DNA of 32,000 bases from Sinorhizobium meliloti (GCF_017876815.1 NZ_JAGIOS010000002.1:1110001-1142000), one strand, 5' to 3'; numbered from the stretch's first letter, positions 1 to 9,143 are shown. Notes: a model not told the origin generated them from the sequence alone. Numbers and translations are program-made.

Positions 1-2
1 AT

Positions 3-449
3 CTCGACGGCTACGAGCTCACAGAACTGAAGGGCGAGGCCAAGGAACCGCCCCGCGAAGCGGTCTACTATTTCGACCAGGGCGGCAATCTGAATGCGAT
101 CCGGTGGAACGACTGGAAGCTCAGCTTTGCAATCAACAGTGAAGGCAACATCGCCACGGCCACCCGCGAGACCCCGAGCTGGGCCAACATCACAAATCTG
201 AGAATGGATCCCTATGTGCGAGGTGCGAAAGAAGGCGGAGGAGCCATGGAGTTCATTGGCCGAAACATGTGGCTCCTGGTGCCGATCCAGGGCAAGATCA
301 AGGAGTTCTTCCAGGACTTCGACCAGTATCCCTACCAGCCTGGCAGCACTCTGAACGCCAGCGGGATCAGCTATACGTGGCTGCAACAGCAGGCCGCGCT
401 CAAGCGGCTCGGAGAGTTGGGAGAGTTGGAAAGCCTGGCGCCGCGTTGA
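3..449 (+). CDS. arylsulfatase-family protein, C-terminal part (5' end outside window)
   Basis: Frame 3 is open from the window edge to TGA 447-449. The translation (..AVYYFDQGGNLNAIRWNDWKLSF..NLRMDPYVRG..) resembles the C-terminal domain of bacterial arylsulfatases as I recall them. A formylglycine-generating enzyme gene lies nearby. Confidence 0.6.
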   Translation, partial: LDGYELTELKGEAKEPPREAVYYFDQGGNLNAIRWNDWKLSFAINSEGNIATATRETPSWANITNLRMDPYVRGAKEGGGAMEFIGRNMWLLVPIQGKIKEFFQDFDQYPYQPGSTLNASGISYTWLQQQAALKRLGELGELESLAPR

Positions 450-541
450 TGCACTTCGTCAGAGCCCGCTGCTACTTCCAATAGATGGGCAATGCAAACG
501 AGAAACGAGGATCGCATATTCCAGCCATATTGCGATCTTCG

Positions 542-575
542 GGAAAGGCGGGGCTAAGCTCCGCCTTTCCTTTTC
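542..575 (+). terminator. intrinsic terminator between convergent sulfatase and BCCT genes
   Basis: Perfect 10-bp stem GGAAAGGCGG (542-551) / CCGCCTTTCC (561-570), 9-nt loop, followed by TTTT (571-574). A second imperfect hairpin GATCGCA..TGCGATC lies at about 511-538. Confidence 0.55.
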
Positions 576-592
576 AGATTCCTGGCAATGTT

Positions 593-2572
593 CTATCGCT
601 CTTCGGGCGAGGTCGCCAACAGCGAGGACTCCGGGGACCGTACGAAGCCCGTGTATCGTTCGAACTGAAACAGAACATCGTTGATGATCTGGTTGTCCGC
701 CATTCCCATGATGTCATAGCCGCGGCTACCGTCCGAAAAGAAGGTGCGCGCCTCGTAACGGACATCTGCCACGGTTGCGTCATACGCGGTGAAGGCGGGA
801 AGTTTGTGTTCCGACATCTGCACGCCATAGACGAAATCGCGATGGCCTTCGGCCGGAACAGTGAGGGTCAGTGCTCCCGTTTCGGCATCCCGACCGACTG
901 AAGCCGGCCGAGACCGGCGCGTCAGTTCCCTTGCCACTGCCTCCAATGCCGGAAGAACGGAAGCCTGCAGGAATTTCTCCACCGCCCGCCTATCCGGCGT
1001 GCTCAAGGTCATCGCCAGGCGCCGCTGCCAGGGCACACCGGACGCGGGATAGGCTCTTGGACCGACCGATCCGGGTGATTGTGTGCGGGCAAGATCGGCC
1101 CGCATTCCGACGAATAGCGACCACACCAGAATGAGCATCACGAGGCTGAACGGCAGTGCCGTCGAGATCGTGGCGGATTGGAGTGCCGTCAGTCCGCCGG
1201 TGGAGAGCAGAACGGCCGCCACGATACCGCTGAGCGAACACCAGAAAATCCGCTGAAGAGCAGGTGTCGCCGTTTCTCCGCCGGATGCAATCGTGTCGAT
1301 CACCAGCGAGCCGGAGTCGCTGGAGGTTACGAAGAATATGCTGACGAGCAGAACCGCGAGCGTCGAGGTTACCGCGGGCCACGGCAGATACTCGAAGAAC
1401 TGGAAAAGGGCGACCGAAAGGTCCGCCTTCACGTCACGCGCCAGTTCGCCGTTGGCGATCGTCGTGTCCACGTAGATCGCCGTGTTTCCAAAAACGGTCA
1501 TCCAGAGGAAAGTGAACATGGCGGGTACGAAGAGGACGGCGGTGACGAACTCTCTCACGGTACGCCCACGGGAAATGCGCGCGATGAACATGCCGACGAA
1601 GGGTGACCAGGAAATCCACCATGCCCAGTAGAACAGGGTCCAGCTGTCGATCCATGGCCGTGGCTCGTAGGCATAGATGTTGAAGGTTCGCAAAACCAGG
1701 CTATCGAGATAGAGACCGATGTTCTGGACGAAGTCGCGCATGAGCGTGCCCGTCGGCCCGACCACGAGCACGAAGAGCATCAGCAGTACTGCCAGGAACA
1801 GATTGGTCTCGCTGAGAATGCGGACACCCTTTTCGACGCCGGTGACCACCGAGACAGTCGCTATTGCCGTGACCACGGTCACGAGCAGGAGCTGGACGTA
1901 GATCGACTGGGGGACCCCCAACAGATAGTTCAGTCCGGAGTTTATCTGAAGGACGCCGAATCCGAGCGAGGTTGCGAGCCCGAACATGGTCCCGCAGATC
2001 GCGAATATATCCACGACATGTCCGATCGGCCCGTGAATGCCCTCCTTGAGGAGCGGGTAGAGGCCGGATCGGACGGTCAGGGGTAGATTGTAGCGGTAGC
2101 CGAAATAGGCGAGTGACAGCCCGACGACCGAGTATATCGCCCAGGCGTGCACCCCCCAATGGAAGAAGGTTACGCTCATTGCCTCGCGCTGGGCCGCGAT
2201 GGTCAGGGGTTCGGCTTCCGGCGGCGAGGCAAAATGCGTCATCGGCTCGCCGACGGCAAAATACATGAGGCCAATGCCCATGCCGGCGGCAAACAGCATG
2301 GCGATCCAGGACAGGTACCTGAACTCGGGTTCTGAATCGTCCGGTCCGAGCTTCAACTCGCCGTAGCGGCTGAACGCCAGAAATAGCATCGAAAACAGAA
2401 AGATGGCCACCGAGAGCAGGTAGAGCCAACCGAACCCGGACAGGATCGCAGTCTGCATTCCGCTGAAAATCGATTCAGCTCTCTTTGGCGCAATCACACC
2501 TATCCCGACGAACAGAGCGATGACGGCCACCGAACCGACGAATACCGGCAAATTCACTTTGAAACGCTGCAC
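593..2572 (-). CDS. BCCT-family (betaine/carnitine/choline) transporter with long cytoplasmic C-terminal tail
   Basis: 690-aa ORF with a multi-TM profile and BCCT-like blocks (..[74 protein letters not shown]..). Likely start is GTG 2572 ([11 protein letters not shown]..), preceded by GGGGAGG 9 nt upstream. The track ORF extends to 2665. Confidence 0.9.
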
Positions 2573-2948
2573 TTGATGCAACCTCCCCACAGATTCTGCG
2601 CGCGAGAGCGGGACTAGGAAAAGGATGTGCGATCTCCCTCGAATCCCCTTCCGGCATAGTAGCACGCCTAGCCGTTGAGCCGGTGAATCGACAAGAGACG
2701 ACCCGGTTTTGCATTCCTCGAGTCACGGCATGGTCGGATTGAGGGGGAGCAAGGCGGGCTCACGTCGTCCGGGCGCCTTCTCCCCTCGCGCCAACCAGAT
2801 CTTTCGTGCCCTTTTCAGCCCCGGAAGGAACAGGTCTCCGCGCACCGGCCGGGAAGAAGCCTCCGCAAGGCCGTAAAGCGCCCTCTGCCGGGCGTGGTAA
2901 ACCTGCTGCGTCTCGGCGTCGGTTAGGCCTGGTTGCCTGGCCGTGAGA

Positions 2949-3092
2949 TATGGCGTTACCGGTGTGAAGACCTTCGTCGTCAATCGCAACGGCATCGTCT
3001 ACGAGGCGGATCTCGGCGAGGACACCGAGAAGACTGCCGCCGCCATCCGCACGTTCAATCCGAACGACTACTGGGCGGTCGTCCAGGACTAG
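2949..3092 (+). pseudogene. C-terminal remnant of a DUF2950-family gene
   Basis: The frame reads ..YGVTGVKTFVVNRNGIVYEADLGEDTEKTAAAIRTFNPNDYWAVVQD* with stop 3090-3092. This matches my memory of DUF2950 C-termini. The frame is closed by TAA at 2898-2900, so only about 50-60 codons remain, with no start or SD. Confidence 0.45.
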
Positions 3093-3265
3093 GAAGGGGG
3101 CATTCGAAGCAAAACGGTGCAGTACCGCGGCAACATCAGCGAATATTATGCTGCCGGCGGCCGGCTTGCCGAGCAGGTAAATGCGGACAAGACTGCCGGC
3201 CTGGTACAAGATGTCAGGGAGTGCACTGGCGTGGCGCTGCTCGGTGATGACGGCGCAGGAACTGG

Positions 3266-4240
3266 TTGCAGGGGAGATTGCCGATGCCTGCTTTGAACAG
3301 CGTGGTCGACCTTGAACCCGCGGCGGAGATGGTCTGGGTTCCCGGAGCGACCTTCATGATGGGGTCGAACGACCATTACCCGGAGGAAGCGCCCGTGCAT
3401 CCGGTAACCGTCGACGGATTCTGGATCGATGTGACACCGGTAACGAACCGCCAGTTTCTCGAATTCGTAAATGCGACGGGGCATGTGACCTTCGCGGAAA
3501 GAAAGCCGCGCGCCGAAGACTATCCGGGCGCTCCGCCATCCAATCTGAGGGCCGGTTCGCTCGTCTTCACACCCCCGAAGCGACCGCTGCAGGGAACGGA
3601 TATATCGCAGTGGTGGATATTCACGCTGGGTGCCAACTGGCGGCACCCGCTCGGGCGCAAGAGCAGCATCGGAGCGATTCTGGATCATCCGGTCGTCCAT
3701 GTCGCTTACAGCGACGCAAAGGCCTATGCCGAATGGGCCGGCAAGGACCTCCCGACCGAGACCGAGTGGGAGCTGGCGGCCCGCGGCGGCCTCGATGGGG
3801 CTGAATTTTCCTGGGGCGGCGAGCTTGCGCCGGGCGGAAATCACATGGCCAATACTTGGCAGGGAAGTTTTCCGGTCGAGAATTCTATGGACGATGGTTT
3901 CGCGCGAACATCGCCGGTCAGATTCTACCCGCCGAACGGCTACGGCCTCTACGACATGATCGGCAATGTGTGGGAGTGGACCACGGATTACTGGTCCGTG
4001 CGCCACCCGGAAGCGGCCGCCAAGCCTTGCTGCATTCCGAGCAATCCCCGCAATGCCGATGCCGATGCGAGTATCGATCCGGCGGCGAGCGTGAAAGTTC
4101 CGCGCCGGGTGCTCAAGGGTGGATCGCATCTCTGCGCGCCGAACTACTGCCGGCGGTACCGCCCTGCGGCAAGGCACGCCCAGGAAATCGACACGACGAC
4201 CAGCCATGTCGGTTTCCGATGTGTCAGGCGCGTTCGATAA
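3266..4240 (+). CDS. formylglycine-generating enzyme (FGE/SUMF1-type sulfatase maturase)
   Basis: 324-aa ORF with typical FGE blocks (MVWVPGATFMMGS..HPVTVDGFWID..PVTNRQF..HPVVHVAYSDAKAYAEWAGKDLPTETEWELAARGG..YGLYDMIGNVWEWTTDYW..RVLKGGSHLC). Alternative start is ATG 3284. Confidence 0.9.
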   Translation: MQGRLPMPALNSVVDLEPAAEMVWVPGATFMMGSNDHYPEEAPVHPVTVDGFWIDVTPVTNRQFLEFVNATGHVTFAERKPRAEDYPGAPPSNLRAGSLVFTPPKRPLQGTDISQWWIFTLGANWRHPLGRKSSIGAILDHPVVHVAYSDAKAYAEWAGKDLPTETEWELAARGGLDGAEFSWGGELAPGGNHMANTWQGSFPVENSMDDGFARTSPVRFYPPNGYGLYDMIGNVWEWTTDYWSVRHPEAAAKPCCIPSNPRNADADASIDPAASVKVPRRVLKGGSHLCAPNYCRRYRPAARHAQEIDTTTSHVGFRCVRRVR

Positions 4241-4286
4241 GAGCGGGATGGATGAAGAAAGGCGTGCTAGTTTCCTCGTCCCGCTC
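4241..4286 (+). other. stem-loop immediately after the FGE stop (no U-tract)
   Basis: GAGCGGGA (4241-4248) pairs with TCCCGCTC (4279-4286). An inner imperfect pairing is GAAGAAA/TTTCCTC. The hairpin is followed by TATCC, so it is not a canonical intrinsic terminator. Confidence 0.4.
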
Positions 4287-4301
4287 TATCCAGAAAGGGT
4301 T

Positions 4302-4326
4302 ACGGTTAAAGGAAACGTGCAGTAGG
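4302..4326 (+). repeat. copy A of a 25-nt intergenic direct repeat ACGGTTAAAGGAAACGTGCAGTAGG
   Basis: 23/25 identical to 10125-10149 in the same orientation. Both differences are G/A transitions. Both copies are intergenic. Confidence 0.65.
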
Positions 4327-4460
4327 TTGCAGAGGGGATAGGTAGCGTTCCGGTGCGATTCGTTCGTCCTCGATTGGTCGCTTCGGGGATGGCGTCGAAC
4401 GGCCGCACGCAGGCGAGCGTGGGCCGGAGTGGAGTGGGGGCGCGACGGCGTCCGAATTTT

Positions 4461-5741
4461 GTGAGGCGTGGTTTGAGTGACGTAAGCTCGCGCGGCGACG
4501 GGTTCCGTGTAGCCAAGGCCGGGGGATCGGCCTTATCGGCGCTTCTCGCGCTCGCTCTGTTGGCGGGTTGCGGGGGTCACCCTAAAGGCGTCATGACTCC
4601 GGTGGCTCTGGCGCAGCCGTCGAACACCTCGCAGGTCGACATGCTGGTGGCGACCACGCGCCAGCCCTCGGGCGACCCGGCGACCCTGTTTTCGGGAGAG
4701 CGCAGCCCGACGCTTTCGATGACCGATGTGGCGGTTTCGATCCCGCCGGACTCGCGCCGCGCGCCGGGCACGGTGCAGTGGCCGCGCAAGCTGCCACCCA
4801 ATCCGGAAACCGATTTCGCCGTCACGCGCGTGCGCGAAATGGCATCGGAAGACGAGGCGCGCACCTGGTTCCGCGCCCATAACAAGGACGGCCATGTGCT
4901 TCTTTTCGTGCATGGCTTCAACAACCGCTATGAGGACGGCGTCTTCCGGCTGGCCCAGATTGTCCATGATTCCGGTGCGCAGGCGACACCTATGCTGTTC
5001 ACCTGGCCGTCGCGTGCGCGGGTGTTCGACTATAATTACGACAAGGAGAGCACCAACTATTCGCGCACCGCGCTCGAGGATACGCTGCGCACGCTGGCAA
5101 ATGCCCCGAACGTCAAGGACGTCACCATCCTTGCCCATTCTATGGGAACCTGGCTGACGATGGAGGCGCTGCGCCAGATGGGAATTCGCGACGGGAAGAT
5201 CGCGCCGAAGATCGAGAACGTGATTCTCGCTTCGCCCGACATCGACCTCGACGTCTTCGCCAAGCAGTGGACCGATATGGGCGATGAACGGCCGAAATTT
5301 ACGATCTTCGTCTCGCAGGACGACCGGGCGCTGGCGCTTTCGCGACTGATCTCGGGGGATGTCTCGCGGCTCGGCGCGATCGACCCCAGCGCCGAACCCT
5401 ATCGCACGCAGCTAGAGACAGCCGGCATTACTGCGATCGACCTCACCAAGGTCGAGACGGATGACGGCTTGCACCACGGCAAGTTCGCTGAGAGCCCCGA
5501 GATCGTGCAACTGATCGGGCAGCGGATCATCAAGGGGCAGACGCTGACCGACTCCGAGATCACTTTGGGCGAAGGGATCACCGCCGTCGTCGCCGGCACG
5601 GCCAAGAATGTCGGCACCGTCGCGGCTGCCACGATCACCGCGCCGGTCACCATAATCGAAGGCCGCGGCACGCCGCCGAAGCAAGTCCGGCTGAACGAAA
5701 CCCTCGCCAGTGACGAACGCTCTCAACGTGCAGTGCCATAG
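4461..5741 (+). CDS. DUF900-type alpha/beta-hydrolase lipoprotein
   Basis: The ORF is open from 4353. A lipobox LLAGC follows the hydrophobic segment SALSALLALALLAGCGG. The hydrolase core reads VLLFVHGFNNRYEDG..TWPSRA..ILAHSMGTWL (GxSxG-like nucleophile elbow)..ASPDIDLDVF. Start is uncertain (GTG 4461, ATG 4386 or GTG 4353). Confidence 0.8.
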   Translation: MRRGLSDVSSRGDGFRVAKAGGSALSALLALALLAGCGGHPKGVMTPVALAQPSNTSQVDMLVATTRQPSGDPATLFSGERSPTLSMTDVAVSIPPDSRRAPGTVQWPRKLPPNPETDFAVTRVREMASEDEARTWFRAHNKDGHVLLFVHGFNNRYEDGVFRLAQIVHDSGAQATPMLFTWPSRARVFDYNYDKESTNYSRTALEDTLRTLANAPNVKDVTILAHSMGTWLTMEALRQMGIRDGKIAPKIENVILASPDIDLDVFAKQWTDMGDERPKFTIFVSQDDRALALSRLISGDVSRLGAIDPSAEPYRTQLETAGITAIDLTKVETDDGLHHGKFAESPEIVQLIGQRIIKGQTLTDSEITLGEGITAVVAGTAKNVGTVAAATITAPVTIIEGRGTPPKQVRLNETLASDERSQRAVP

Positions 5742-5790
5742 GAGCCGCAAACAAGCCTGGCTGTGCCGGCAAATATTATCGGAGGATAGC

Positions 5791-6582
5791 ATGACGTCTT
5801 GGCTCGTTCGAAATCTGGCATTTGCCGCAAGCTGCCTGCTCGGAAGCAGCGCCTTGGCGGCGGACATATATTCGCCGATGACGCCGCAGGCGCGGGAAAT
5901 CACGACGGAGAGCGGCTGGACGTTTTCCTTCGCCCCCTATTTCTGGGCCGCTGGCCTTTCGGGCGATATCGGCCAGTTCGGTCTGTCCGCCGTCGATGTG
6001 GACGCGAGTTTCAGCGACGTCTTCGACCATCTGGATTTCGCTTTGATGGCCACGGCGGAGGCACGCAACGGACCGTACAGCATCTTCGGTGACGCGATAT
6101 ACATCAAACTGTCGGGTCAGGGCGCGACGCCGAGGGGTTTCCTTGCGGACGATGTCGAGCTTGCGACCGAAACATTCGCGGGACTGCTTGGGGCCGGTTA
6201 CGCGATTTACGATGATGGCTCCTCTCGGCTCGACATTGTCGGCGGCCTGCGCGTGTGGTCCGTCGAGAGCGAGCTCTCCATCAGCGGTGGCGCTCTCGGT
6301 ACACGGTCGAGAACCGACGATGCGGCCTGGGTGGACGGGATGGCAGGTTTTCGCGGCACCTACTCGATCACTCCGGAAATCTATCTGACCGGATGGGGGC
6401 TTGTCGGGGCCGGTGGCGCGGATCTCGACTGGGACGTCGCCGCAGCGATCGGCTACCGGTTCAGCGACACGGTTTCGGCGGTCGCCGGCTACCGCGCGCT
6501 TGGCGTCGACTACAGCGATGACGGCTTTGTCTTCGACGTGGTCGAGCAGGGACCGATCCTGGGGCTGGTGGTGCGCTTCTAA
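5791..6582 (+). CDS. outer-membrane beta-barrel protein
   Basis: ATG 5791 follows GGAGGA. Signal peptide is MTSWLVRNLAFAASCLLGSSALAADIY. The sequence has alternating aromatic/Gly-rich beta-strand patterns and a C-terminal ..GLVVRF ending in Phe. It lies 49 nt downstream of the DUF900 gene. Confidence 0.75.
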   Translation: MTSWLVRNLAFAASCLLGSSALAADIYSPMTPQAREITTESGWTFSFAPYFWAAGLSGDIGQFGLSAVDVDASFSDVFDHLDFALMATAEARNGPYSIFGDAIYIKLSGQGATPRGFLADDVELATETFAGLLGAGYAIYDDGSSRLDIVGGLRVWSVESELSISGGALGTRSRTDDAAWVDGMAGFRGTYSITPEIYLTGWGLVGAGGADLDWDVAAAIGYRFSDTVSAVAGYRALGVDYSDDGFVFDVVEQGPILGLVVRF

Positions 6583-6639
6583 ACCAATATCACGGAAGGC
6601 AAGCGTCGTGAATCTTGATGCGTCACCGGTTGCGACGCA

Positions 6640-7236
6640 TCAATCCTTCGCTGTCCTCAGGCCGTCGAGCAGGGCCCGGAAGCCTTCCACGGCCTTGTGC
6701 GAGGTTTCCTGCGGGTCGTCGGAATTGGCGATCCACAGCGCTGCGTGGCTGCTCGCGCCATTGATCAGACGGGCGGCCGCTTCAGTGTCGATATCGATGA
6801 CCTCACCATCGGCCTTGAGCCGGTCCAGGCTTCCCGCCAGCGCTGCAATGCAGCCTTCGGTCATTTGCCATTGCGATATGTCCCCGAGTACGGCAGGGCC
6901 GTCACGGAACATGATGCGCTGGATCTCCGGCTCGAGTGCCATGCGGATATAGGCGACGCACTCGTCGACGAACCCTTGCCAGCGTGTCGGTGCTTCCGAC
7001 GATACCTTGTTCAGGCGTGCCGTCATCTCGGCGTCGATCTCCCTGATCACTGCCTGCAGAAGCCCCTTTTTGTCGCCGAAGTGATGATAGAGCGCGCCAC
7101 GGGTCAACCCGGCTTCGGCAGTGAAATCGTCCATAGACGATTCCGCAAACCCGACGGTGCCGAAGGCGCGCCGGGCGGCCGCGATCAGTTTTGCGCGGGT
7201 CTCGGCGATCATTTCGCTGCGCGGCTTGTTCATCAT
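6640..7236 (-). CDS. TetR-family transcriptional regulator
   Basis: N-terminal HTH (..TRAKLIAAARRAFGTVGFAESSMDDFTAEAGLTRGALYHHFGDKKGLL..). ATG 7236 is preceded by AGGAGA. The track ORF start at 7251 lies inside operator 1. Confidence 0.9.
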   Translation of the reverse strand: MMNKPRSEMIAETRAKLIAAARRAFGTVGFAESSMDDFTAEAGLTRGALYHHFGDKKGLLQAVIREIDAEMTARLNKVSSEAPTRWQGFVDECVAYIRMALEPEIQRIMFRDGPAVLGDISQWQMTEGCIAALAGSLDRLKADGEVIDIDTEAAARLINGASSHAALWIANSDDPQETSHKAVEGFRALLDGLRTAKD

Positions 7237-7248
7237 GTCTCCTGCTTG

Positions 7249-7316
7249 CATACGCCGCGTATTTTATTTGACATACGCGGCGTATGCAACTAATTAGATT
7301 CCATACGCCGCGTATG
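7249..7316. promoter_or_regulatory. three copies of a 13-15 bp palindrome (C)ATACGC[C/G]GCGTAT(G): probable TetR operators
   Basis: ATACGCCGCGTAT at 7250-7262, ATACGCGGCGTAT at 7273-7285 and ATACGCCGCGTAT at 7303-7315, all in the 112-bp divergent TetR/MFS intergenic region. Confidence 0.6.
7268..7296 (+). promoter_or_regulatory. sigma70-like promoter for the MFS gene (TTGACA-N17-TAATTA)
   Basis: TTGACA at 7268-7273, 17-nt spacer, TAATTA at 7291-7296. The spacer is occupied by operator copy 2. Confidence 0.35.
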
Positions 7317-7348
7317 TCATTCTGCACAAGTTTTCCAAGGAGCGTCTC

Positions 7349-8572
7349 ATGTCCAATCCATACGGAGAAATATTCAGGGCTCCAGGAGCCAAGGGCTTTT
7401 CGGCAGCCGGCTTCTTCGCACGCCTTCCGATAGCGATGGCCCCTATCGGCATCGTCGCGATGCTGTCCCAGACCCACGGCGAATACTGGCTTGCAGGTGC
7501 GGTGTCGGCGACTTTCGCTCTCACCAATGCGCTCGTTGCCCCGCAGATATCCCGTCTGGTCGATCGCGTCGGCCAGACGGCCGTGGTCGTTCCGACAACG
7601 ATCATATCGGTTCTTGCGTTCCTGGTGTTGATCCTTGCAGCCAATCGGGACTGGCCGGCATGGACGCTGTTCGCCTCGGCTTTCCTCGCCGCCGCGATGC
7701 CGAGCATACCCGCCCTGGTCCGTGCCCGCTGGACCGAGATATTCCGCAACCGTCCGGAGCTGAACACCGCCTTCGCCTTCGAGTCTTCGGCAGACGAACT
7801 GGTCTATATTGCCGGCGCGTCGCTGTCGGTGGGTTTGGCGGTAGCTCTGTTTCCTGAAGCCGGCATGCTGATCAGCACGATCTTCCTTGCCCTCGGGACG
7901 GCAGCTTTTATCCTCCAGCGCTCGACGGAGCCGAAGGTGCGCCCGTTGGAGGCCGGGGTCTCGCGAGCGTCGGCGATCCGCCAACGACCGGTGCAGATTA
8001 TCACGCTCGCCCTCATCTTTGTGGGCTCGATCTTCGCGACTGCGGAAGTCAGCGCCGTAGCGATCACGAAAGAGCTCGGCCAGCCGCAGGCAGCGAGCCT
8101 CGTCATCGGCGTCTATGCGGTGGGCTCGTTCCTGGTGGGCCTGGCGCTTGGGGCCCTGAACCCAACGATGCCTCTGCACAGGCAGCTTCTGATCGCCGTA
8201 AGCGTCATTGCCATCACGTCGGTGCCCCTCCTCCTCGCCGACACCGTGCCTCTCCTTGCTTTGGCGGTTTTCGTAAGCGGCATCGCCATTTCGCCGACCT
8301 TCATCACTGCTTTCGGCCTGATCGAGCGCCGCGTACCGGAGTCGATGCTTACGGAAGGTGTCACCTGGGTGATGACCGGTATCGGCATCGGCATGGCGCT
8401 CGGTGCATTCGTCTCCGGTTGGGTCGTAGACAATTTCGGTGCGCAGAACGGCTTCTGGGTATCCGTGGCGGCCGGGACAGCGACCGTTGCGACCATAGCG
8501 ATGGGCCAGCGTAGCCTTGCCGGCCATAAAGGGGGGTCAGTAGCGGGAAGCATTCCGCAACCGGCCGAGTAG
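7349..8572 (+). CDS. MFS transporter
   Basis: 407-aa ORF with about 12 hydrophobic segments. AAGGAG lies 7 nt upstream of ATG 7349. It is divergent from a TetR gene. Confidence 0.9.
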   Translation: MSNPYGEIFRAPGAKGFSAAGFFARLPIAMAPIGIVAMLSQTHGEYWLAGAVSATFALTNALVAPQISRLVDRVGQTAVVVPTTIISVLAFLVLILAANRDWPAWTLFASAFLAAAMPSIPALVRARWTEIFRNRPELNTAFAFESSADELVYIAGASLSVGLAVALFPEAGMLISTIFLALGTAAFILQRSTEPKVRPLEAGVSRASAIRQRPVQIITLALIFVGSIFATAEVSAVAITKELGQPQAASLVIGVYAVGSFLVGLALGALNPTMPLHRQLLIAVSVIAITSVPLLLADTVPLLALAVFVSGIAISPTFITAFGLIERRVPESMLTEGVTWVMTGIGIGMALGAFVSGWVVDNFGAQNGFWVSVAAGTATVATIAMGQRSLAGHKGGSVAGSIPQPAE

Positions 8573-8600
8573 CGGCACCTCCGCCGACCTTCGGCGGGTC

Positions 8601-8625
8601 GGAACAAACAGGCGGACCGCCGGTT
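8601..8625 (+). promoter_or_regulatory. EcfG/RpoE2-type general-stress promoter candidate (GGAAC-N16-GGTT)
   Basis: GGAAC at 8601-8605, 16-nt spacer, GGTT at 8622-8625, 36 nt upstream of ATG 8661. Confidence 0.4.
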
Positions 8626-8660
8626 CATCCGTCGGCCCGTCACCACGAGAGGAGAAACCG

Positions 8661-9143
8661 ATGGCGCGTGGATCACTCATTGCTGTAAGCGGATTATTCG
8701 CCGGTCTTGCCGCGGTGGCGGCGCTGACCGTCTCGGCCGAGCGCCGGAACGAAAGTCCCTGGCGGCCGATCAACGCGACGAGCCACTGGATACACGGCCG
8801 TCGAGCCGGTTCGCAGTCGCGTCTCGACCTCGCGCACACCGGCACCGGCTTCGTGACGCATATGCTTGCCTCACTCTGGTGGGCGCTGCCGTTCTCCGCC
8901 ATGGTCGGACGAAGCGCGCGGCCTTCGCCGCAGCGGGTGATTGCCGCCGCCTTCGGCACCACCGTGCTGGCAGCCCTTGTCGACTATGGGCTGGTACCGA
9001 AGCGTCTTACGCCCGGCTGGGAACTCGCCCTGCCGAAGTCCGACCTGGCGGCGGCCTATATGGCCATGGGTATCGGCCTGGCGTTGGGCGCATCCCTGCA
9101 TGGCGCAGCGGCGGCGCGCGGCCAGGAACATCCTCCGGTCTGA
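8661..9143 (+). CDS. hypothetical membrane protein (about 4 TM segments)
   Basis: 160-aa ORF with SD GAGGAG 7 nt upstream of ATG 8661. Hydrophobic segments include LIAVSGLFAGLAAVAALTV, FVTHMLASLWWALPFSAMV, VIAAAFGTTVLAALVDYGLV and AAAYMAMGIGLALGASL. I recognise no family. Confidence 0.6.
   Translation: MARGSLIAVSGLFAGLAAVAALTVSAERRNESPWRPINATSHWIHGRRAGSQSRLDLAHTGTGFVTHMLASLWWALPFSAMVGRSARPSPQRVIAAAFGTTVLAALVDYGLVPKRLTPGWELALPKSDLAAAYMAMGIGLALGASLHGAAAARGQEHPPV

Noticed and set aside
411-428. Short in-frame tandem duplications inside CDSs: GGAGAGTTG x2 (411-428, encoding GELGEL), GCAGCATCG x2 (28733-28750, encoding AAS/AAS) and GCCGAT x2 (4055-4066).
   Set aside because: These are simple slippage-type duplications that preserve the reading frame. 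There is no evidence of function or phase variation, since each has only two copies.
3111-3126. A possible third, weaker copy of the 25-nt repeat (AAAACGGTGCAGTACC versus GGAAACGTGCAGTAGG).
   Set aside because: Only about 11-12 nt match, and only with an indel. That is within chance expectation for a 32 kb window.
2723-3299. ORFs in the decayed spacer: 2723-2995 (-), 2760-3209 (-), 2933-3247 (+), and a GTG-initiated frame at 3117-3299 (VQYRGNISEYYAAGGRLAEQVN..).
   Set aside because: None has an SD or a recognisable family. They overlap each other and the DUF2950 remnant. The plus-strand frame may be another gene relic, but I cannot assign it.
4306-4326. The repeat motif read as a sigma-54 (-24 GG / -12 GC) promoter or as an EcfG -35 element (GGAAAC).
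   Set aside because: The GG-to-GC spacing is 6 nt rather than 10. GGAAAC has an extra A relative to GGAAC, and the nearest CGTT (4346-4349) is 29 nt away, far outside the N16-17 window.
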